DNA of 64,000 bases from Eledone cirrhosa. Taxonomy: Eukaryota. The DNA lies in the NCBI GenBank assembly GCA_964016885.1, contig OZ024741.1, positions 299,770,001-299,834,000 of the forward strand, read 5' to 3'. The notes under the pieces were generated by a model. The model was not told the origin of the DNA and did no database searches. It saw only the letters and a list, made by a program, of their open reading frames with translations. Below, piece by piece: positions 53,519 through 64,000 of the stretch. Made by a program: the position numbers and the translations under genes. Position 1 is the stretch's first letter; every line of letters begins with the position of its first letter.

Positions 53519-54395
53519 TTAGCTGTATACTTTGTGAAATGTTTTATGGAATTTATGCAAGCAGATAGAAAACAAGTCAGTGCGTCTATTTATTATAGAA
53601 TCTAAATTAGAAATAATGGTAAATTTTTCATTTAGGCACAGATTGCAAATGTTGGATAGAGAACTGGACGCAGAAGAAACCTTCTTCCAAAAGATGCTAT
53701 ATTTAATATTTTTGTCTTTCAAGGACCATATGAGTTCTGAGAGAGCCGTGTTGGTTCTTTTAAGTTTGTATTTAAAAGACGAATGATGGTTATAAAGACG
53801 AGCTTTAAAAGAGGTGGAAGTAGAGCCAAAATAGGTGAAGGAATTGGTGTCAGTTATAACTTTACATTCGTAAATTAAGTTTTTATCAAGACAATGGTTG
53901 TTGAGAGGACATTTATTTTTAATAGGGCAATCGCAATAGCGATTAGAGAGATTATTAATGAGTGACCTAGTGTTATCTATAGAAGGAATTGGATTGGAGA
54001 AGTTATTTGCGATAGGAATAATAGTTTCTTGATTTAGAATGGGATTAAGAACATTTAGCGAAGTTGTGATTGACGTTGTATTTGGGTTTGTAGAACTTAG
54101 CCTAGGGTTTACAATGACGTCGGGAGTACTATTATTATGATATTCAGTGTTGGAAGGAAGAGATTTAGTATTTCGTATTTTATTGTTGTGTTTAGAGATA
54201 ATGTTGGAAATGTTGGAGGATGTAAAATAGGAAAATTTCATAGTGTGTTTGTTAAATATTTTACTATAGATATGTGAGGGAGGGAAGCATTTATTTAAGG
54301 CACTAAAGAATAATTTAGGAATATTGTTATTAATAGAGATGGAGAAAGGAGCATTATACCAGATTATGTTTTTGTAGCTAGGTCTTTTATTAAAG

Positions 54396-54396
<1 letters not shown>
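53519..54396 (-). pseudogene. PLE C-terminal region with GIY-YIG endonuclease (open frame, 5'-truncated)
   Basis: IIWYNAPFS, CDCPIKNKCPLNNHCLDKNLIYEC, TYFGSTSTSFKARLYNH, TALSELIW, CNLCLNEK, SICLH. Confidence 0.9.
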
Positions 54397-54431
<35 letters not shown>

Positions 54432-54578
54432 GACAATATATAAACTACCTTCCGGTTTTCGACCCAACCAGCCAGCCAGCCAACGGGAAACGTATAATAA
54501 TTTGAAGTGAAAAGCAAGACCCTCCCAAAGTATAACAATACATATATATGTATTCTACATACAAAGACCCCCACCCCA

Positions 54579-55318
<740 letters not shown>

Positions 55319-55324
55319 GAGTTG

Positions 55325-55645
55325 TAATAGAATGAAAACGAAATTCCATTTCTCACTCTTAGTACGGCACTTACTTAAATGTAAGTATGTATGTAGACGT
55401 ACATACATATATGTACGCATCAGTTTAGCGGACGTTTATTATAACGCCCACTTTGTCCGTTTGTAAACAAGCGGACAGCCTGAATTTATGCCGTACGGTG
55501 TGTTAAGGCAACCACGTCACCTTTTTGTTCAACACTGACACCGTACGGCATAAATTCAGGCTGTCCGCTTGTTTACAAACGGACAAAGCGGGCGTTATAA
55601 TAAACGTCCGCTAAACTGATACGTACATACATGTATGTGTACCTG

Positions 55646-55687
<42 letters not shown>

Positions 55688-55740
55688 TGCTACTGTACGT
55701 CTGTATACATATATGTATGTACGTATACATACATACTTAC

Positions 55741-55745
<5 letters not shown>
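55325..55745. mobile_element. Diverged fold-back copy of the 5.6-6.6 kb retrozyme-like family (HHR core absent)
   Basis: ATTTCTCACTCTTAGTACGGC, TTTGTAAACAA, GGCAACCA and CAACACTGACA are shared with 5.6-6.1 kb; 55538 onward is the reverse complement of sequence ending at 55501. Confidence 0.8.
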
Positions 55746-55806
<61 letters not shown>

Positions 55807-55844
55807 TAATATGCGTATATTCATACACGAATATATATATATAT

Positions 55845-56578
55845 TCTAAGGACCTACCTACCCTTATTGAGTGCTTTGCTAACTCATTCCTATTGTAGGT
55901 TGACTGTGCTTGGCCACAGCCAAAATTTCGATTTTACTAAGCTTCCACTTGTATTATTTTCTGCTAGATTTAATAATTAACTTATTAATTTAATTAGACA
56001 ATTCTGTTGATTCATTAATTATTTGTGTTTGTTTAATAACATCTAGTTGAGAGCTTTTATTCGGAATGTTTGAACGGAAATTATAATATTTCCCTTGTTA
56101 ACACTTTGAATTTACCCGCCAAAAATCAGGGGTTGCTTCCCTTGTTTGGAATAACATGTGACAACGAAGCGTTCGTTGGCTGTCTTCTTAGTGGCCGCAT
56201 TTTGTTTGTTCATACCGGTTTGAGGTAGAACAGAATCCCTGTTGATGAAATGAATCCTCTGTTCGATCATGGTATACCACGAGCGTGCGTGTTACGTAGC
56301 TGGGTAAATGATTTCGTATTCATACAAACATTTTAGACTTATATCGTTTGATTTGTCCAGGTGTATCTTTTAACATGTTAGTTCTTTCGTTATTTTGGTA
56401 GTTTGTGGTTGGGTTTTGCCTACCGCAATGTTCAATTTGGCAAGCTATTTAAACGTGTGTTATTACTCTAAGGACCTACCGTTATTGAGTGCTTTGCTAA
56501 CTCATTCCTATTGTAGGTCGAATTTACCACAGCCAAAGCTTACCCACAGCCAAAGCTTTTACTAAGCTTCCACTTGTC
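55845..56578. mobile_element. Non-coding element with ~110-bp terminal direct repeat between (TA)n tracts
   Basis: TCTAAGGACCTACC..TTATTGAGTGCTTTGCTAACTCATTCCTATTGTAGGT..TTTTACTAAGCTTCCACTTGT at 55845-55952 and 56467-56577. Confidence 0.6.
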
Positions 56579-56907
56579 TATATATATATATATATATATT
56601 GCTGCTATTTCTAGTGGCAGTACATTGACCTTTCCGTCCTAACCTTATATCTTTACACACGGCACTAGACAAGATTGTTTCTTCATCATACACTCTCATC
56701 CGGGAACAGTTCTGTATGGCGCCAATTCGTGATTTGAACAACTCGGAAATGTTATATTCTCCGAGTGAGAAGAACCCTCTGACGAAAGTCTTCTTCTCAA
56801 TAGATTTCTGCATGGATTATCCATTTATTTTGAGACTTGAAACCGCGCGGTAAGGGTAAATATAGTAGGTACAGTAAACTTTTTAAAATTTATTTTAAAA
56901 CTGCTTC

Positions 56908-56925
56908 TCTATTTGCTAAATCTTG

Positions 56926-56973
<48 letters not shown>

Positions 56974-56991
56974 CAAGATTTAGCAAATAGA
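56908..56991. repeat. Perfect 84-bp palindrome centred on (AT)21
   Basis: TCTATTTGCTAAATCTTGATT-(AT)21-AATCAAGATTTAGCAAATAGA. Confidence 0.95.
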
Positions 56992-56995
56992 TTTA

Positions 56996-57062
<67 letters not shown>

Positions 57063-57688
57063 AGTATAAATTCAGCGAGAATCGCATTTAGGCAGGTAGA
57101 AAAAGCGAAACGTAAGGCAAATTCCGATTCATACTGGCAAGCGCTCCATGGGCTAAATAAGACAAGAGCAATAAACATAGGTTATATATATATACATACA
57201 TATACCCTTTACTGGTTTCGGTTTCAACAAAGAGACTACGATCAAACTGTTTCAGCGACTAATTTCAACCGATTAGATTTTCAATATGGCTCTTTTATCA
57301 ATCTCATCTTTATTGAACTCCTAAATTCGCAGACATAAAGAGACACAAACTCAAACGTGGCCATAGACACGAAACCAAATACAAACACACACGCATATAT
57401 GTGTGTTTCCATATATATTCTACATGTAGCGAGTACTGTGGGCATTCCCTTCATCGGCCATCTACTGGACACCTTTAAGTGTTCGGACCTATATTGGTGT
57501 AAAACACTCACATTATTATTGATGCAACGAGTCTACATTGTCTAAGCTGAAGCATAATTTTCGTAGTTATTTACGCCGTAATAAACAGTACCGCAATTTT
57601 GTAACCATTCATATAATTCACGAATTTTAATTTTTACCTTTTCCTTGTTTTTACTGTCACCACTGATGTGTCTCCGTAAATAACTTTG

Positions 57689-57948
57689 CCTAGTAGTAAG
57701 GGTGTTGGACTTACGATCATAATCTCTTTGTTTCGATTTCTGGGCTAGGTCATGAGTTATGATCTTGGGGAAAACACTTCATTTCACATTTCTCCAGTAT
57801 ACTCAGTTGAAAATGAGTACCAGCAATAGCTGCGGTTTAACCCCGCTATGGATTGGTGTGCTGTATAGTGGGGCGTCTTCATAACAGACAATCGGGATAA
57901 GCACTGGTCTGATGAGCCTCCTGGCTTCAGATAGACTTTAGACTTTAG
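57689..57948 (+). mobile_element. tRNA-derived SINE (different family)
   Basis: A-box-like CCTAGTAGTAAGGG, B-box-like GTTTCGATTTC, TCTTGGGGAAAACACTT, AAATGAGTACCAG, tail (AGACTTT)n. Confidence 0.6.
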
Positions 57949-59055
57949 ATATCCATAATAAAGCTTTTTTCAACTTCTCCAGTTCTTGAATCTCGTCCTT
58001 AATTTGCTTTCCAATCTAATGCCAGCCATGGAGGGCGTGGTAGAACTAGACCACACACCACGATATTCCACGGGACGCAATAAATGCTGCCATCCTCAAC
58101 CCTCATATGACTCATTAATGTATAGTTTTTCAGGTGCCTATTCTATATTGCCTTCAAAATGCCCGGTCCAATCATTATTCAGGACTTATTTATTTAGTCA
58201 AATGATGCTTTACTATACGGGTGTAATTCTGTTATTGCAATATGACTTGTGAATGCAAGCAGTTGGTTTAAGCAAGCCTATACTATTCCATGATTGCTTT
58301 GTTACAGACACCTTGGTACGAACGCACAGTTACCCCCTCCTGCGTTATAACTTTCTACCCACCTTGTGGAAGACAATACTAAAATACAAACTAAAATATT
58401 GGTAATACAATTTCATATTACAAATTAGTTAAATTGATCAAATGTTATTTCTATACCGGGTGTACTGTTTTCTATACGTTAAAGAAACATTATTTCAATG
58501 TGATTGAAGCATTTAAGAAAAAAAGCGTTCTCAGTACTGAATAATACCGTTATCTCCCGTTCCTTTGAAATGGCCAGTCAAAGCTGATTACTTTTCGTTC
58601 GTACTGTTTAGTATATTTATATTTGGCTGTGTGAACAGAAACATAAGACTATTTGTCTATCGATGTATGATCAATTAGCTTGTAAAATATTCAAAGGTAA
58701 TCGAATATTCGTCTGTGTAAAGAAAGAAATAAGAAATTGTCACTGATAAACTAAATTACATTTATCATATAATTGATAATTGCAGGTTTCTTATAAATAT
58801 GTGCAGCAAAAAATGCAATTGCATCACACATTATTATCAAGCATTGAGAGATAATGTTGAGTTTTGAAATAACAATATAACGAAATATAATTAATTACTG
58901 TTTGATATTTAGTGCCGTTCTCTGGATCACGCAAACTTTCGTCTCATGAACAACTATGTTTTATTACGTGCCATATTTTAACAGAAGGGTATATTTGCAA
59001 TTGTGCAATTTTTTGTCTCAATTTCATTATTAATATTCTTGTTATTCTTGACATT

Positions 59056-59174
59056 CTGATTTCATATCCCGCCGAGGTTAACTTTGCCTTTCATCCTTAT
59101 GGGGTCGATAAAATAATGTACCAGTAATACACTGGGTTAATGGCTGGCTTTGTGCCAAAAGTAGAAACAATTAT
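59056..59174 (+). mobile_element. 5'-truncated SINE (same family as 15780-15958)
   Basis: GCCGAGGTTAACTTTGCCTTTCATCCTTATGGGGTCGATAAAATAATGTACCAGTAATACACTGGG..GTAGAAACAATTATT. Confidence 0.82.
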
Positions 59175-62100
59175 TAACATTCTTTAATAGAGACTGTTTA
59201 AAATTGCTTAGATAAATGTGTGTCTTCTGTTGTCATTGAATGATGGGTATTGCTGATTAGGTCAAATCACACCAAATCACACATGACCGAGCATATTTAC
59301 AATACATAATAACACTGGTCTTGACCATCCGCCCATGTCTTGGGCATTTTATATCTATAACAGGATTACCCATGTTAAGTTGGCAGAGACTGATGTGAGA
59401 TTACTTGACTGAAATTCTAGCAGACTTCATGACCATATTATCGAGACTGACTCGTAGACTCCATTATGATATGATGGAATCGGAATGAACAATGTGGTAT
59501 TTTGAGCTCCCTCTCTTATAAGATATGAATGTATATCTATAATGATTTTTCTAATATAGTATATTTCGGGTTTCCTAAGTTGTACACGTTTCCAATTGTC
59601 TCATTGGGGTTCTTTTTAAATCATCTTTGAGAAAGTTTATTACGTTTGCTGTTACTCAACTTCAAATTGGTACTGTTTAGCCGAATATCCGATTTCTCAT
59701 AGATGCCTTATGATAAAGGTCATTCCGAACCCGAAATGCCCAACCGTTCCTTCCCCTGGTATTCTATAATTTCAATTACATTATCAAGCATGTATCTTCC
59801 TTCCACGAAGGTTAAGACGCCTTTTGCAGTGGATGGGACTGCTAATTTTTACAGGTCCGGTCATCATTTAGAGGTTCTTTCAATCTTTAACAATTGTGGT
59901 AATGAAAGTAGTTGATATATATTAAATTTCTATGTAGTTTATTCTTTATTTATTCATTTAATTAGAGTTTCCTGACGTCAAACTACTTCACGTCTGTACA
60001 TCTTATTTGAAAGCTTCAGGCATTGTAAAAGCAATTATTATACAATGTCACGTCCTCAGTTATTTGCAAACAAATGAAATGTATTATTATAAGTGAAGGA
60101 TCAATAAGCCCATCATACGACAGACATATTTAGTATGAAGACTTCCGTACTTGATATGAACAATACAATCTAAATTTAGTTATTCTTCAGGTTACATTTT
60201 TCTGGCTGAATTTCGATCTTCTAGCTAAGTCGAGGTTTTTTTTTCTATTAAACAGATTAAGTGGTAGAATATTTTAAAATAACTCCGTGAAAGAGTTGAC
60301 TATACGTTTACTTTAATAACGTTTTTCATTATAGATTACACTATTTCATTCTACCTACCTTCTGTTATATATATATTTAAAAACATGATGTTTCTTATAA
60401 TTTACTATCGTTTTGATAACAACTTATCATTTGTTTTAATCTCCCTCGTTTGCATTCTTCATATAACCCTGATTAGTGAAGTACTTGACGCAACAAACCA
60501 TTAATGATGTATTCAGTGATTTTGAACGACTTTTAAGATAAAGTATGGACCAAAGGGATAATAGAGACAACATGCAAAATAAAACCTGAGAGTTATAGTT
60601 GTTAATATACATATATACATATATACATTTACGTACACGCATACACACATGCAATCGCATACTTACAGGCAGAGTAACACGTTTTAATTCCATTTACATT
60701 CATATCAGATATTGTTGTACTATCTATATTCAGCATATAGAATATATAATGCGATAGATATTTCTTCTACTATCAAAGATTCATTCAAAACATATTGACA
60801 CTGCTGCTTAGTCTATTAGGTTTCAACAAGAGAATCGTGAGGTCAAAAGCGATCCAGCCTTCATCATACAATTTTTCGGTCTCCAGGAAGGGATTACTTA
60901 ATGTGTCACGTGGTTATAAATAGTAGTGTATGACTTAAGTTTTCGCTGCTCTGTTTAGCGATTCGAAATACAATGAAATGTTAAAAATCCGAAAATTCTG
61001 TCAAATGTAGGTAAAAACAACATATCTATTAACAGGAGTGGGCCTACCTTGATGGAACAAGTGATACCTTGGTGTAATTGTTGTTTTCTTTAATTTCATC
61101 CAACTCTAAATACAACCTTACCATTGGAGTTAGAGCTTAATTAAATTGCCTGCGCTTGCTCTCCTATTTGGTGAGATTAATACGCTTGATGATTAGCTTC
61201 AAAATCTATGTTTATATGTTTATAACAGGAAAACGTAAGGAGAACTTGGTTTCTACACAATGACAGAAGGAGGGAAGATAGGGATATATGCGTGGATTGG
61301 GGAAGGGAACACGGAAATAATAAGAGAATGAAGGACGAGCATTTCAGCAGTGTCAGAGTATGAATTTATGCACGAAGCTAGCTCATGGGACCAGACATCA
61401 TTTTAGTAATGGTAGAAAGACAGGTCAAAAAGCCAATGCCTTGATATGAGAGTCGTTAGCATTCCTTTATTTCAATGAGGTCTGAAATCTTCTTGTGTTT
61501 AGCAACAGCACTGTCTTATTAGATTTTGTGTCTCACGTAAGCATTGTAGGAACTTTTCTGATCTGTATTAATTTTTTTTTCTAGCAGATTCGTTTGTATG
61601 GAGATGTATGTTCTATATAACGAAAAGAAAGAATAAGAAAATGAGAGAAAGTTATACTTGATGGCACAAAGAATGATAGATTCGGCATTATAGCAGCGAC
61701 ATATACTGCCGTTCATGCAATGACTACATTTCATTCTCCTCCATCATTGCTTGCTTATTGCTAAAACTTTTGACGGCATAAACCCTCTACCAATTTACCA
61801 GTTTATCTTGATTATATGTTCCGTTACGGTAGGTATTCTAACTATAGGTGCGTTGTTTGATATAAACGACTTATAATCTAACGTTAGTGGAAGATAGAGG
61901 ATTTATGTTTTCATATCAATAATAATTTAATCTATTTTTTTATTTTAATCAATTCATATGGATTTATTTCATGTTGTTTAATTAATTCTATCCTACATGT
62001 TGTTATAATCTAGCGTATTTTCAGATGTCCTGTTACGACCCATCCACTGGTCAGAGAATCTACAGTAAGCATTTTATAGCTGCCTCGCTTTATCCCTGCT

Positions 62101-64000
62101 TCACAATGAACGTCTATTAACAGTTCTGAAATACAGAAATTGAATTACAACCCCATTTATTTAATCATCGTTGCGTTGTCAAAAAAGATCTTCAAATAAT
62201 ACCAAACATTACTAATAGTAACTGTGAATATGTAGAACATCCGGTGTATTAATTCTTATATTAAAGAGATGTGTTATATTATAGACACAATAACATTTAT
62301 TTTATCAAGCACTCAAGTATAACATGGTTGACATCCAGCAAACGTAAGCAGGTGACATCATACAGCTGTAGACGAGCAACAGCTGAATGGCATGGAAAGA
62401 TGTTTAGCAAAATATGGTATGTGTCTACATATGGTATGTGTCTACATTTTTCCTTCCTTCTAAGAAAAAAATATTAGTCAATCCTACTACAGTGATGAGA
62501 GGAATAAAACGACGAAGTAAGCTTATCGCGTTCCTAAATCATTTGAGAATGGTGTAGTAGCCATGTACAAGATGATATCCTCAAAGCATAATCATGGATG
62601 TACAACATAACGTTAATATAAAATTTTGGATACATAATTTGACAAGGTATTCCTAGTTGAGATTGTAAGATCACGTATTCCTTATCATCAAAGAAGAAAC
62701 CTGTGAAGCAGCACTACACACAGGAATTAGCATATAGTTTATTTGCTGCGTTAACTGCCAGCCTCTTCAGAAAAACCCGGATATATGAAAATAATGCACT
62801 CATTATTAATTGAAGAATTCCTTCAATGAAACGCGAACAAACTTGGTGAGAAAGTACATCAAATCTCTGAATAGTTAATATGGACAAATTGATGACCTTT
62901 AATATTCGGAATCGGAGAATGTGACAGTGTGATATTTAAATACATTCTTATGGGCAAATATTAAATGCTGAGAAGAGCGCTTTCATATCCTACTCCATGA
63001 ATAATTGGATACAGAAGATAGCATATAAGAATTAATGGGGATGAAGCATCGTTGGAGACTAATAACAAATAGTTTTCATTGATATGTTATGGTTGAGAAA
63101 CATTGATATCACGATACGTCAACAAAAAAATTGCAAGGAATGTTGTCACCTATAATATTTCATTAATTACCTAGGAATCATACACATATTTTTAGTCACA
63201 AACTTTTTCAACATGTAAAACAAAATAATAATACACGAAAAGATCATTAAAAGGGCCAATGTTGAATTCCTGGCGAGAAATACGACTGTGGTAACAAAAT
63301 AATGATTTGATAAACAGATCCGCTAACCCAATGTCATTATAGATGTCATGAGATGTAAAACAAACACAAGATGAGACAAACTGACAAAGTAACGAGTAGA
63401 AAAGTAGGCATACAAAATCGGTTAGTTCAAGCTGAACAATCTGATTCATAATAATGCGGATATGATTCTAATCAAATATGGACCTTGGAAACATTATCAA
63501 ATAACAATAGTACATTTTCAAAACATAAGAAGCGAGATATAAGTATGAATATAATGAAGAGTCAGCAAAATTGCTAAATGTTTAGTAGAGCATATAGTAG
63601 AATAGAAGCAGGCTAGATTCACTGGCAACAGCATTGATAAACTGTCAAAGTGCACGTCAAATACAACGATCAAACTTTTGATTACTAAGTGATGTCTATG
63701 AATTTAATGAAGGAATTTAGAGTCATATTTTCTCCCCTTCCAACTTTCTTACTTTGGTATGGTAGTCCATTTTCTCTCATTTACGGCATGTATAAACCTT
63801 TCCAATACCGCTTTCTTTTAGGGTATTTTTAAGCAAATAGAAATTGTTTATATATTTCGTAATTTTCTAAACGTAAAACAAAGTACAATTAATGGTGTAT
63901 CAGTGAAATAATCGACACACTAAGGATAGATATGAGAGGAAAAAGGAAAAACGGATCGACATTTTTCTCACTTAAAACCCTGATTTCGCAATTTGCAAGT

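Larger units (their letters stand above)
52557..54396 (-). mobile_element. 5'-truncated Nematis-like PLE (thumb, linker, GIY-YIG, ~960-nt 3' UTR with HHR) between (TA)n tracts
   Basis: Open EN frame, HHR near the 3' end, TA tracts on both sides. Confidence 0.88.

Noticed and set aside
57908-57940. CTGATGAGCC..GGCT hammerhead-like start
   Set aside because: No GAAA box follows; it is part of the SINE 3' region.
57960-61500. Possible very old LINE remnants on the minus strand (58.0-58.4, 59.6-59.9 and 61.0-61.5 kb)
   Set aside because: Only faint peptide resemblance; insufficient to call without profile searches.
62810-62840. TTGAAGA..GAAACGCG hammerhead-like motif
   Set aside because: No U at 16.1 and no stem I; explained by a small local hairpin.

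Overview
AT-rich, microsatellite-saturated eukaryotic DNA. The SINE families resemble those I recall from Octopus, so a cephalopod origin is inferred, not shown. I found no convincing host gene, and most short ORFs in the track are translations of (TA)n/(CA)n/(TACA)n tracts. The window is a nest of retroelements in simple repeats. (1) Five Penelope-like elements (PLEs): a complete YRDD/Nematis-like copy at 15314-18962 (-) with a hammerhead ribozyme (HHR) in each pseudo-LTR; a nearly intact Neptune-like copy at 19001-24221 (+) with an extra upstream coiled-coil ORF that overlaps the RT frame at a T TTT TTA heptamer; and three fragments. (2) At least two families of non-coding, HHR-bearing, partially tandem and inverted (retrozyme-like) elements in (TA)n, at 5.6-6.6 kb, 55.3-55.7 kb and 32.2-33.3 kb. 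(3) An array of R4/Dong-like RT-RLE retrotransposons and an RTE-like derivative, punctuated by (ATGT)n, at 37.1-44.1 kb. (4) A decayed, truncated autonomous Helitron and two non-autonomous Helitrons. (5) Several tRNA-derived SINEs. Most notable are eight type I HHR motifs (six intact, two decayed) with palindromic or near-palindromic stem III, and the candidate two-ORF, frameshift-expressed EN+ PLE.
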